A stretch of DNA of 64,000 bases from Chara braunii (Eukaryota > Plantae > Charophyceae). Made by a program: the position numbers and the translations under genes. The notes below the pieces were generated by a model. The model made no database searches. It saw only the letters and a program-made list of their open reading frames with translations, and was not told the DNA's origin. Below, one piece after another: positions 24,990-38,449 of this stretch (positions within the stretch are counted from its first letter, which is position 1; every line of letters begins with the position of its first letter). The DNA is taken from contig BFEA01000025.1 in the NCBI GenBank assembly GCA_003427395.1, forward strand, positions 3,580,038 to 3,644,037. The letters are read 5' to 3'.

Positions 24990-27900
24990 AGGCGTCGCGG
25001 TGGCCGGGGTACAGGTATCAATTGACCACATTAACAGGGAGGGCAAGTACCAGTAACGAACACGTAAGGCCCAAGAGTGGCCCGTCAAGATCCTGGTGCC
25101 TTGGAGGCAATAAAGTTGGCCAGGTGTCTTCAAGGACCGTCGATCAGGCGAGCCGATAGGCACCGTCGTTGATTTCATAGTTCATGCCATGCACGCACCC
25201 CGGGCTTGAACTATGAAATTCATACGACCCACACCTTCCTAGAGTTGTGCGCTGATGGGAATGCTACGTAATGGGACAGAAATAGAGTCGTCCGCTGATG
25301 GGAATGCTACGTAATGGGACAGAAACATAGTAATTACATATTGTGAAATGCATGGGAGCGTGACACTGTCAGGGAATCTTAGATTTTGGGAATCAGCGCA
25401 AGCTAAGGGAGCTGGGCATGCAGTCTGCGTGGTGCAGCGAAGATTCAGCGACAACATTGTACAATATCTACGCTGAATAATTAAAAAAAAAAAAAAAAAG
25501 GAAGGCGTCGGGGTATAAGTACAGCGATATTGGAAGAGGGGAGCATTTGCGCTCCTCGTGCGAAGGGGGGAATGGGGGAAGGGTGTTGGCTTTGTGGGGT
25601 CGGAGATGCGCGAGAAGCAGCATTTGTATACGACAGTATACGCATTGTGAATGGGTGTGGAAATATGGGTGTTCTTACGGGGGCCTTCGCATTGAAATAC
25701 AATCTGTTGGTGGACGTTCCAGCAGAGGATTCGCCTGACGGGTCCGTACTCAAGTCAATTGGTTGTAAGGTTTATTTTTCCACATTAATCATTGTTGTTG
25801 ATGTCAGATTACTGTCAGTGAGCGCAACGATATGTATGTGGGTATGTGAATGCACAATCGGGCGACGTTAATGGCCTTGGCATAGATGGGCATGGCTTAC
25901 GACATCGGAATTGTGCTTCCGTTGGTTGGATGTTTTGGTGGCAATTGTTCAAATGCAGGTACGCTATTGACCACCTTTTTCTATACCCTTAACCTTAACC
26001 CATGGTTGTATTGATTTCAGCTTCCTCACATTCTTACCGTGGGTTCTTTATTGGGGTGTGATTAACATTCATCGTGTGCGTTGTCGGCAAGAGTCTGATT
26101 TTACGATTTGAGAGGGTGCTTCATTTTTTGCAATTCTATGCAAGCCCGATTTTATGCCCCCAATTTAACAATGGTTTCGCGCCTGTTTACATTCCCTCGA
26201 GGGTGGTGCATGTAGAACGTGCAGTTGAGTTTGTGCCTATGCCGTTGTTGCATGTTTCCACGGATAGTAAATGTGGCGAGGTCAGCGTATTTAAGACTGC
26301 GGCCGGCTGTTTTGTCATCGTCGGTCGACAGTGCACGTTTAGATCCACCTGTGGAGTTCCCGCCGCAAACCTACGCACTCTTTGATACGTAGAGCAGTTC
26401 AAGCATGGTTTGCATCAGCGTTCTTTAGCATTGTTAGTCTCGATTGGATCTTGCGGCACTTGCTTCACACCTTCCATAGCCGGCATAGCAGTTTGGAAAA
26501 ACTTGCAAGCGTCTGTGTAAGCTTTCTAAGCCAGCGGTTAGATAGATAGGCGCTGTCCAAAGCCGAGGTAGTAATTTGGCACGAGTTGCATCATTCCGCT
26601 GGTCGTTCACGTGGGAAGAGACGAGTTTACCTCGCCCCTTGAAGTTCCGATCGTAATTGCTCGTTCACGTGGGCTGAGTACAAGGGCTACCCAGTGGGTG
26701 TTCAACTTCGTAAGCAAGGATCGGTTCCTCCTGCAGGTGCGAGATGCACTTCCGTACCAGCCACGATACTTGGCTAGCGCCATTTAAGTTTGTTCGTGCA
26801 AGTCCCAAAGTACGTGCTCTTTGATGAGCATCTCCTGTTCCACCCAGTGCTTGGTAGCGTCTGTGCTAGCTTTCTAAACGGCGGTTCGCTCGTCCATGAG
26901 ATTCGAGAATCAGTTGGATAGAGGGCGAGTGCTCGTAGTGAAGAATGAAGTAAGTCCGGGTCAAGAAACCAATCTTTTTGGGTGTCGTTTGACTAGGTGT
27001 CTCGTCGGGCTGGCATATGCTTGTGGGTGTTTCCTTTAGCGCTTCGCTGATATGTCTATCATTAGCCATTTGTGGTCGATATCGGGCGTGTCTTCATGTG
27101 AAGGGCTTACGGTTTCCTGAATGCACGATCGTGGATGAATAATTTTAATACTTTGAAGACGATCACGTCGTCTCGTCTGTGCTTTGGTCTGGGAACGTTC
27201 GAAGGCTCCACTCCTGTTGTGATTCGGTCCAAGTAACCGGCGACATATTCAGGTCATGTGGTTTGAACGTCGAGAACTTGCAACCGTTATTGTGGCTCAT
27301 ATGTTGTGCGAATCCTCTGGTTCATTTTCGTCTTGCCACGGTTAGTGAAATCAAGGCATCCAAGTCTTCAAATTCTTCACTTGCAGGTATGATCTCAACT
27401 CCTTCTTCTTCTATTCCCGTCCTTGACTGGTTTGTTTGTTCTTTCATTGCCTTTATCCCTGAATGCCATTTTGAAAGGTTCTTCATCCGTTCCTGCTAAC
27501 CGCTTCAGAGTTTGTGGCCCCTGATTGCCCGGTTTCTACTCTGAACTCCGTGCATTTCTGCTCGCTAATTGCTACCTCCGTCATTGGTGGTCGATGTGTT
27601 GAATTTCGCTTGGTTAAATAGCGTCTATCGTTGCTGTTTCATCGCGTTGTGATGCAAGCTTCGTTGCTTTATAGTTGTTTTTCCACTCGGAACTTTCATT
27701 CGTTTATGCTGAATGGTTAGTCCACTTAAGTTACTTATCGCCGATACTTGGTCAGCCTACACGCCCTACTGCATTCCCGTATACGGGATCGTTCATCGGT
27801 GTATGCAAAGCTGCGTTTCTTTTGTCGCTCGATGTTTGCTTCGTGGTCGCTCACCCTTCGGGTTGCTCGTCGGTTTAGGGTGGAGTCTTCATATATTGCT

Positions 27901-29988
27901 GCTCGCTGGTTAACCCATAATGATCGGCCATTGGTCGGTTTAGACTGGATGTAGGATCGGTTTCTTTTGGGTCATTAATGCAGTCGGCTTCCTAATTGAC
28001 CTTTCGATACTCGGACTTCATGGCATTAGCCTCGGTTCGGTAGTGTGTATGCTTGCTGTTTTGAGGCGTTGTGATCCATGCTTCATTGCTTTATATTTTA
28101 CTTTTTCACTACGAACTTCAGTTGCCTTATGCTCAATACTTCGGGGACTTATACTGTCTATTGTTTATTGTATGTTTTTTTCAGTAGGACCTGTGTTTGG
28201 TATATACATATGAAATTACTGCGCATCAAGCTATAAAGTCTCGATCATAAACTGATGAAGCATCGAGAGAAAATGCACGATCCACCGAGGGTTAACGTAT
28301 GCAGCACCAAGCAAGGATTCTTGCTCACTCCTATATGCGCAAATGCTTCATACATCTTGCATTTCGGGTTGCTGCTCCATGTGTTTATGATCCCTAGACC
28401 TGATAGGTCTACATTAGTTCTTCGTAATTGGCCAATATCTTGTTCGTTAAAAATGCCCAATTTGCAAATGATAATATCATGTGTTCTTCACCGCTTTTTC
28501 TTGCATTTGTAAACATGTGATGGTTTTACTCACAGTATGAGGTTGCTTTACGATTACAGTGTTTATAGTAGGTCGTCTAGAAACCGACAACCTTGCTGCT
28601 TCATTGCCTTATGCACGTTTGCCATTTGTCTGCTCATTCTCATTATTTTATGTATGTTGTTGTTGTTGTTGTTGTTGTTGTTTGGTTCTTTAACAGGCTG
28701 TGCTCTATCCTATACCTCGCTGATTACCGCGCAGATTACGTATGCCTCGCTATTATGGTCATGATTAAACTTTTTAAGAATTTCTGCACATTCTTCTTGT
28801 CTTCACGTTCGTTGGTTTTGATATATCCATCTGCTCATTTGACTTCATGCTCTTTGTGACTTCCCTTGCTTTATCTACGGCTTCCCAATCACCAGTTCTC
28901 AATTTACCAGCGATGCTAGCCCATTCATACGCTTTTGAAGCCATTCATACGCTTTTGAAGCTCCGCATTGATCAGTTTCCAATCTACGACTTCCCAATCA
29001 CCAGTTCTCGATTTACCAAAGTGTTGTTTACACAATGCTCTAGGCCACCGGGACAACCTTTTGACTGTATTTCGAATTTCATTGCTAATTCTGTACAATT
29101 CTTTCAACTCTTTTGTTCGGGAGTAACGGTCCATCCAACACTGGACGTTATGACTGCCCTCTCTATCGACAAGTTCAGCGAGCGCTCCCTTAGCTTGCGG
29201 GATGTTCCGTACTCACAATTTGTGCTCCCTGTGTTCCTTAACCCATCCATCAATCGCATCATTCGACCAACAATTGTACAACGACAGTCTTCTCGGGTCT
29301 TTGATTGCCTAGAACGATGGGACTATCCTCATGTACCATCGCGCCTGCCTGCAATTGTGGAACATAGCATGGGATTCCCTTTGCGCCCAGGTGCTTGCAG
29401 AGAAGACAACAAGTCTGTCATAGTGTGCAAGGACACGGCTTATGAAAAAACGTTTAGCTGTCGGCTTACATTCTCGTTCGGTCTGAGTGTCATGTATTAG
29501 TTAATGTAGCCCGCCAATATGGGTACGATAATTGCGCATATCTCCCACAGAAGAACACAGACCACATGATATGTCTCCTTATCCTATACACAGCATGTGC
29601 CCCTAATCTATCCTACCAATTTATCGCTTTGGTCTCGGATTCTTACGGTCTGCATGTCCATTACCCATTAAGAACCTGCTTCATCATCAAGCAATGCTTA
29701 GTCATCTCCAAAATGGTCTAATATCATTTTCTCCCGATCTCAGAACATTGCACTTTGCTGCACGTCTGTTGTGTGTTTCCTCGGTACTCCCTGATATACT
29801 GTCCATATTTATTTCTTCCCTTTTGCATGCAACTGACGTTGTTTTGTCGTTGCTTCCTTGTCTGGCTCGCACTGCACACCCCCTGGGAACTTCATTCAAC
29901 TTTTGTCCATGACGTATCTAGCTAAATCCAGTGACAATGACATCTGGTCCTTCCGGCAGTTCGGTTCAAAATCCGTCAGTTCCGGGAT

Positions 29989-30888
29989 GTGAATTATGTT
30001 GTTCCATATCCTTACGAACCTAAGCGGCCCTCCGATGACGAGATTTTGCAGGTCTGTGGTGAACGTTTGGGTGACAACTCAGGCCTCACATGGTCTTTCG
30101 ATGAAATGCTTCAGTTGCTGTTTTGTAAACAGCAAGAGGTCAATGCTCTCAAAAGTGTATTGGACCAACTTCAAGCTGTGCATGAACAGTCCATAGAGAG
30201 CATGCTCAAAAAGCTTAATTTGGGTTCAGATCGCTTGCGTCAGTTGGCGGACCGCAGCAAGGACGAGCTGATTGAATTAGGCGGAAAAGTTTCGCCTGCA
30301 AACGTCGGAAGAGCCAAGAGGAAGCTGTTCGACAACCTCGATGGGAACCAAAAGTTCAGGAATGAATATATGTATGATCATGTGTATGTCCACCGTACTC
30401 GAAGTTTACTCGTCATGCAAGATATCTTCATGCAGCTCAAGGCACAAAGTAACACCGCCATGCAAGAGAACATGGTCCGCTGGAGAGAAAGGGCGGTCAG
30501 TCTTGACCTCCAGGTGAGAAAGTTATTGACTATTTCCGACAGTCGCGGAGACGCGGTGGCGCTTACACAACCGCTATTCAAAGCGCATATAGAGGACGTT
30601 ATGCGTGAAATGTCCAAGGCCGATGCAATGAGTGCAATCCGGTGCTTGCAATGGCTCGCAGAGACATTCCTTAACAGAGCTATCATGGCAGAGGTGCAGG
30701 CAGCATTACATTTCTCCCTGACAAGGGCTCAGGAGGAGTTCACCATTGAATCTTTCTACCGCTTGCTTCTAAACGCTCACTCAGATCGCAAGCGGCTTGC
30801 GGATATGGTAGTTGCAGTGCAATCCGTGACCACAGATTTTAAGTTAACATTGCGGATGGCTGCAGATTTGGTGCACCTGAGATCATAG
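29989..30888 (+). CDS. Orphan helical ORF (299 aa) inside the putative Helitron
   Basis: Long, non-repetitive, protein-like composition; no recognised motif; start uncertain. Confidence 0.5.
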   Translation: MNYVVPYPYEPKRPSDDEILQVCGERLGDNSGLTWSFDEMLQLLFCKQQEVNALKSVLDQLQAVHEQSIESMLKKLNLGSDRLRQLADRSKDELIELGGKVSPANVGRAKRKLFDNLDGNQKFRNEYMYDHVYVHRTRSLLVMQDIFMQLKAQSNTAMQENMVRWRERAVSLDLQVRKLLTISDSRGDAVALTQPLFKAHIEDVMREMSKADAMSAIRCLQWLAETFLNRAIMAEVQAALHFSLTRAQEEFTIESFYRLLLNAHSDRKRLADMVVAVQSVTTDFKLTLRMAADLVHLRS

Positions 30889-30953
30889 CTTGCATGCCAC
30901 GTACTGAGGAATGCATCACAACAAGGGCAAAAAGGACATGCACACACTGATCA

Positions 30954-31442
30954 TTGAGGTGCTACTGCTGCAAAAGTCACATGCAAAATTGCAGGCGGAG
31001 TACACATACTTACATGTGCTCCGTTGTTTTGAACTTCGCACCCAGTGTCCACGAGTGTGGCTACAAGATGCAGCAACCGTCTGACAACCAAGCAGCGAAA
31101 CGGCTGCGGAAGGAGATTCTTTATTTTAGCGTTCCAACTGAGAGCCAGCGAGTGTGCTCTGCGACATCAATGGAAGCCAAGTTCCACAATAGGAGTGTCC
31201 GAAGCGAGTTCCCCGGCTATCGTAGCTCGATTGTGGCCACCGCACATCAACTCAGAGTCCTTGAATTGGAAAAACAGTCGTACCTAGAGGACATGTACGC
31301 AGAGTTTGTTGTCGTCAACCAGATCCAAGGCATGGACCAGTACGAGACGCTTGCACATATTCGCGAAGACGATGAGATGCCAGCTCTATTGTCAGTCCTC
31401 TATGAGGAGCAAGATGAGCGTTTCAACGACGATTTCATCTGA
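30954..31442 (+). CDS. Orphan ORF (162 aa) inside the putative Helitron
   Basis: Protein-like acidic C-terminus; directly follows the previous ORF. Confidence 0.3.
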   Translation: MRCYCCKSHMQNCRRSTHTYMCSVVLNFAPSVHECGYKMQQPSDNQAAKRLRKEILYFSVPTESQRVCSATSMEAKFHNRSVRSEFPGYRSSIVATAHQLRVLELEKQSYLEDMYAEFVVVNQIQGMDQYETLAHIREDDEMPALLSVLYEEQDERFNDDFI

Positions 31443-33689
31443 GGACAGTCGTTTTCCACAGGCAGTGTGCAATGTTTGTTTGAGGTCCGTGCATGTAGTT
31501 CAGAGGCGCAATAAGCATCGCGACGTAGCAATTGTAGCTGTATTTGTCATGTCACTCGCTCTGTGCAGTTCTATTCATGCCTAAGCGCATCTGTATATTA
31601 TTCTATATTATGGCGGCCTCTGGCTTTGACAACCTTTCTTCCGACTTGCGGTACTACGTGGATTAACTAGGTCTTTTTCAGATGCGTGTCAATGTTGAGT
31701 TCAGGGTACATGGCAACATGCTTGTCCATAATCTCTTCCTTATCCTGTGCGAACCAAGGTCCTGCCTTTGCATGGCTTACATGCATTGTAGTTACATAAG
31801 TCACGTGGCTCACATGTATTGTAGTTACGTAATCAGCTGCTAGTCCTAGACACGTCAGTTTTGAGGTCATGTTGTTCCATGGCTCACATGTATTGCAGTT
31901 ACCTAAGTAGTGTTAGGTCTACCTCATGCATATCCGACATTGTACTCACATTAGTGCTAGGTGTACCTCATGCGGATCCGGGTGACACTCGGTTCATTTT
32001 GCATATGTCGCATGTAGGAATCTTTCGAGTTCCGTGCAGCGCTGTGATAGTGTTCGAAAGAATGATCAAGCCATGCATGACAATCTATTACACGCTCTGT
32101 TCTGCAACTTATGTGTTTTTATGCCTACATTTCACACCTCCTCTTTATCCCCGACATTTATCTTCACTCGTCTTTTATTGTATGCAAGCCTGCCTGCTTT
32201 CGTGTTTGATGTTCTGTTATCGCTAATATTTACTTGATATTTTGATATTCATATGGGTACATATATGCATTTGCCAACCTGCCTTCCATTACGCGACTGA
32301 CTCTCATTGGCCTCTCTTTCGGGGATGCAGTCCGTATTCTTGAATACTAATTTCGTCACTTCAGTTTTCAACATCTAAAGTTGTCGTGAGTTGTTAATCA
32401 CCTATATCTTCAATACGAGGCCCACTTGTTCGGTTGTGGTCACCTCACAACTTGGTCGGTTCTAACTGTTGTGTATATCATCCCTACTCCTACCCTAAGT
32501 TTAGTAAATCCTTAATGTTCTTTTAAATTGCAAGAATTTTATTGTGTGCCGAATACCTTTCATAGATATCAAAGTATCTGCTCACACCGCTCCGATAAGA
32601 GATTACTGGGGTCCACTATAAAAGAACACTCATGCCCGCAACGACCGATTACGAAAACAATTGTCAAATTCTGATCTCTTGCGTGTCAACGTTTCAACCT
32701 GCCTACGAAATTTTATTTCACCTGCTCACATGATTGTTATTCTTGATGTGGATTACATGTGAAATGCATCTAATTGTGTTTATCTCCTCTTGCTGTTCTT
32801 GCTGATCGTGTGTCCATACTCCCCCTTTCATTAATTAATCTAACGCTACCATTTTTTACTGCCGCTCACACACAAAACCCACATGTGCCTTCAACCTTTT
32901 TCCACCACCTTGGCCGTCGGACATTTATTGCTTCTCTGGAATTTCGTCTTTTACGTTCACCCTCCATACACATTGTGCCAAATCATATCGTTTAAGACCG
33001 CACTGGCGGGTAAGCTAACACTTTTTCACCTCATCATCCTCGTTGTTTGATGTCCTGCTATAACAGACATTGAACCATCAACAGTTCTTAGAGCGCTAAA
33101 GACCAATGGATACAACCGATCCAGTGAATCAACACCCACCACCACGGCCTGACCCTTGGAGGGAGGCTCTAATATTGCACAAATCTTCCACTCACATTTC
33201 CCACGCTCCTCATCTCCTTCCCAACCTTCTGAGACCTCGTTGATCTTGCAATTATGTGCACAGTGCGTCAGCTGTTTGCCAGGCACCATGTCGTGGAAAC
33301 GATCCCGTCCATGTCATCCAGGACGCAACTTCGTTGACACAACGGTACGGTCATAACCTGGATGTTGTGCCTCATTCGACTAATTCACAACAACACTTCC
33401 AGTCGTGCTCTACTTTGTCGTTATTCCCACGCTCGGTTGGATACACTACGTCCAATATTCCTACCGTTGATCAATCAGTGAACACAACCAACCTTCGCAC
33501 GCACGCCTCAACATTAGCTTCGGATGCAGAACACCTCCGCCGATTTCAGGTTCTACCAACAACTAACCAGCAGCCAAACAACCAATTTCAAAACTTAAGT
33601 GTCATCAACACTGTCACGCCTTGGAAGAAAAGGCCGAAACGCAAGCGTTGCGAGATGCCAGTGAAAAAAACACCGCCACGAAATAATGC

Positions 33690-36600
33690 ATGTCACACAC
33701 TTCAATCACCCTCCTCGACTATCCTTTTCAACCTCCGATTCGTGTCCCGATGGATCCGACGAGTGACATGCACGCGTATGCTCTTCCTGTATGCCCCCAA
33801 ATCGCAACATACGCCGAAATCACATTGAGCACAAACCCCCACTTCTCCCCTGAGTTCTGGTTATTACATTACCTTCTCAATGCACAAAATGATGACAAGA
33901 CTTCGTCATCAAGGACATCGAACCTCCAGAACTACCTTTCATACGTGGAGCCAGTCGTTCCCTTCGAGCCAATCACCGCTGCTAAAAAATCTACCTTGTT
34001 CTCTTCGAGCGATCGTGACGTTGTTCCACACAACACACACCGAGGACACAAAACTGTTCTTAACGGATCTTCGTGTGATGGCAAAAGTGTTGCACCTACA
34101 CATAATCTTCTTCACGTTGGAAGTAGGGTTGCGCCGTTCGACTCAATCACAATCCCACAAAAAGTCACACTCTCGTCTTCCAATTGTGTCTCCATCGTGC
34201 CAATGCATGCCGTTTTAGGACTCCATCGTCTTTCTAACCAGACCTCCTCTGATGAGTTTAGGGTCGCTATGTACAGACCAAGAGCCTCACCACTCAGCAC
34301 TGTAAGAACCTCCGTAGAAGACCGCGCATTTGCCGCTGTCAGAACGCCCATGGTAGATTGCCGAACTACAACACATTCTGTTCCACTCAGCATAAGCAAA
34401 CATCCTTCTTGTGAGCGAACAACATCGACTCCGTCAATATATGTTCGCAATGGTGTGGCAGCTATGTTAAAACAACCATCACGATACAGATCCTTTATCA
34501 CACGCACTGTTCGACGAATGCAAATCTCCAACCAAGCACCACACAGACATCACCCTCGACAACGAACAAAAACACGCATCAGACGACCTTCGCGTTCTGC
34601 AGTATCACAACAACAAAGAAAGGAGTATGACAAAACAAGGAGCCGAGCCAAAACTGTAGCTAAACGCAATCAAATGTCTGGGAGCATATATAGTTTCCAT
34701 AAACAACTGCGAGTTTTGCCAATCCATCATCGAAACACTGCACGACACTTCCCCGATGTCGACGCTCTATACAGATTCTTCGTTGGACGACCTCGGAGCA
34801 GTAATAGGTCCTCTACTATGTGTAAGCCAGTGCAAAATGAAAACACTCAATGTTCCTTACATCTATTGGCGTCAGCGGTCTTGCCGGTCCTCATCCATCA
34901 CTCTCCTTCAGGAGTGCCTTCAGTATGTCCACATTCCTCTCCCCAGCTTCCTTCGCCTTCAACGGTTGGTGCTCTTTCATCATTACTCCAGCCTTGAGTG
35001 CTCCATGAATGTTATTCGAAACAACATTCACAACCTTATTTTTTCGCTCAACAAGTCGCTTTGCCTTCTCCAGTTGTTCCTTTTCGGGCAGGAGTCCATC
35101 CACCTACGATCCATCAGTTTGTTTTAGAGAACGGTCCACGGCCTTCCCATAATAGTGCACAAATCCGTTTGCCTTCTCCACCAGTACCACTTGCAGCAGT
35201 AGTCCAGGCATGTATATCCTATCAGTCTGATTCACAAGTGCCTCCAGCAGCTTCTCAGTCGATTTCTGAAGTGCGCCCGCCTTCTTTACCTGTTCCTCTT
35301 TCTCCACATCTCGAGATGAACGTCCGACACTCATCTTCTTTGGACGTCGCTGCAGCGCCTTTTCATCTCGGTCATCAACTGCCTTCGCCTTCTCCAACTC
35401 TTCCACTCTCCACTGTCCTGCCTTCCATGCCGTTTGCTGAATACCAATGTGGTATCAACATCCATTTGCCAATCTTTCGTGGCACAGGGACAATTCCCAC
35501 ATTCAACCTCGACGTTCGGACACCATGTCGCCATTGTGCTGCACAACTTTGGCCGCACGAGCATAAATGGAAGAGCATTTGCTGCAGGGAAGGAAAACGA
35601 AAATGCGAGCTTTGGCAAATGCCCCCACCTGAATCTGCACCACACTCCATACTTTCCCTATGGACAGAGGACTCTGGTGATGGCAGCTTTCTGCGAGCCC
35701 AAAGTCGTAAATTCAATAACGCATTGTCCCTCCTATCTTGCCATATGAAGAAAGCTCAACAAGGCTTGAGAGGCTATGAGGGACAATTGAAGATACAGGG
35801 CCTAGTGTACCATAGGCGTGGAGCGTTGCAGCCGAATGATGGTGAGGCCCCGCAATACCGCCCAAATGTACATTTATGACCCTGCTCATTCAGACAGAAT
35901 CGTTGACATTAGGATGAACATGATGCATCTTCCTGATCGAACAAGTGTCCAACAACATGTTCGCATCAAGAACTTGCTTTCGCGCCTTCATGACCTGTTG
36001 CGCCAGTGCAATCCCTATGTCCTGCGCCTCTTGCACACGGGCTGGATTTGCAGCCACGGCGTACCGGAAGACATCGTTAGCGACCACGACACTCGATTTA
36101 TGTCGACAATTTGGACTTTTCTCATGCAGGAGTCCGGCACCGAAATGAAATCGAGTTTGACTCGGCATCCACAAACGGACGGGCAAACGGAGCGGGCACA
36201 TCAAACCGCTCAAGTGATGCTTCGTACGCTCATCCGCCCGGACCAAAAGGATTGGGTTGACCGTGGTATGGATTTAATTCAAATGTTTCTGTAACCTAAG
36301 ACTCCAATAAATTAGGTCACCATCGACCTCCTGACGTATCACGACCTCCCAGATCTACAATGAGAAAACATTAAACTGGTCATTAACCCTCATGCTCGTC
36401 CACTAGGCGAGGACGAACAGCGCTACAACAAACCTGAAGGGTTGTTAGAACTCTACATACTAATTCCCTGAGAAGCTGCTGCCGAGTAAGGTTGAGGTCC
36501 GTTATCGACCAGAGCGCAATGAAAGCTTCCCGACTCACAAGTATGCAGATGACAACAGGGCGCATGACCCGTTGCATTACGTGCTGTTATTTCCCTTCGG

Positions 36601-38426
36601 AGAGGATGGTTGGGACAATAAGCCTGACACATCTAAAGGCAACCCCACAACAATCACAACACGATAATTCTATGCGTTCCACCTGCACCAAAGAGAGGGT
36701 GAGCGCTCCACACTTCTATGCGGAAAACGACTGTTGCAGCAATATTGTTGCATGGCTTTTTCCAAAATGGAAACCTATCGTCTGAACTACCTTGAGTTCA
36801 ACCAAGACAAAGTACGCTCAAAACGCTATAAGCAGCTTCGTACAACGGTTGATAACAATGAACATCACAGTGGTGTTGGAACAAAAATATTCCTACCTTC
36901 AACATTCACAGGTGGCCCCCGCTACATATCCGAAAAGTACTATGACGCCATGGCCGTGGTCCAAAAGTATGGTAAACCGGATCTCTTCATTATGATGACC
37001 TGCAATAGCAATTGGCCAGATTTACTCGATGCCCTGTTGCCAGGTCAAGTCCAAAGTGATAGGCCAGATCTTTTAGCACGAGTATTCCGAGGCCACCTTG
37101 AACAATTCATCCACGAAATAAAAGATAAGCATATTTTTGGTAAAGTGAAGGCTTTGTTTTACACAGTCGAGTTCCAGAAACGTGGTCTGTCGAGCGAGAA
37201 ATGCAAAACTCTCGGACCACGATGCTGTTGACGACCTCATACCAGCTGAGATACCGCCTCCTGGGAATTTGCGAGACAAAGTCTCTCAGTTTATGATGCA
37301 TCAGATCTGTGGGATTGCCAAACCCTCGGCAAGCTATACCACCAATAAGCGCTGCACAAAGCATTTTCCCAAAAACTTTCAGAACCACACCACTTTTGAG
37401 AAGGACAAAGGCTACCCGGTTTACAGGCGCCGCTCACCGGAAGCAGGGGGGTGCAGCCTCTGCAAAGATAATGTTGTGTATGATAATGGTAGAGTTGTCC
37501 CTTACAATGGTTACTTGCTCTTGCTTTTCAACGCCCACATCAATGTCGAGTCATGCGCTAATATACTCGCATCCAAGTACCTATACAAATACGTTCTGAA
37601 AGGGAATGACAGGGTAATGGTTGCTGAACTCGAAAAACAACAAGATGAGAATGAGATCCGTAATTATCAAAATTTGCGTTGTGTTGGGGCAAACGAAGCC
37701 TGTTGGAGACTATACCAATTCCCTATAACACAAATGTGGCCACCCGTTGAAAGATTGAGCCTCCACTTACAAGATGAAGAACATGTCTCTTTCGAACATG
37801 GCGATGAGGAAATCGCTGCAAATGCTGGACCAGGTCCCACTAAGCTAACAGTCTGGATGGATCTCAATAAGAAACTCAAGGCATCTGGTTGCACCGCTTT
37901 CCCTCTCTATGCAGAGATAACAGATGCACACACGTGGAACAACAAAGAAAAACAGTGGAAACAACGGTCCTCTGCGGGCAGAGATGGGGCATATCCCAAA
38001 ATCTCCCGCATGCAGAACGTGTGCCTTGCTCAGGGTGACCTGTACTACCTCCGGATACTCCTCAAACATGAGCATTCACGTGGTGCAACCTGCTTTGCTG
38101 ATTTGCAAACAGTGGACAACCACAATTTCTCCACATTCAGTGAGGTGTGTCAGCGTCTTCGTGTCCTTGAGGATGACGCAGAGTATGATAAGGACATTGA
38201 GACAACGGCTCTATATTACTTACCACACCAAATCAGACATGTGTTCAACATGCTTCTTGCATTTGGCTCACTCTCAGACCCCATGGCACTCTTTTTGAAA
38301 CATTGGCAATCTATGTCTGAAGATTACGTTAGAAAGGTAAGAAACAAAACAATCCCTCCTGACGTTCTTCATGCTATCGCATTGCTAGACATCGATGTTC
38401 TCCTCAATGACATAAAAACAACCTGA
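33690..38426 (+). pseudogene. Helitron Rep (HUH endonuclease) region, frameshifted and interrupted by stops
   Basis: CRHC...CC zinc finger; HDPLHYVLLFPFGEDGW; LPSTFTGGPRY; YGKPDLFIMMTCNSNW (motif I); YTVEFQKRGL (motif II, lacking PHxH); KYLYKYVLKG (motif III). Confidence 0.93.
36022..36263 (+). mobile_element. Ty3/gypsy integrase core fragment inside Helitron Rep
   Basis: HGVPEDIVSDHDTRF...HPQTDGQTERAHQT...LR...DW is the classic rve core. Confidence 0.9.
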
Positions 38427-38449
38427 ACAGCAGTAGGGTTGTTTTTCCC

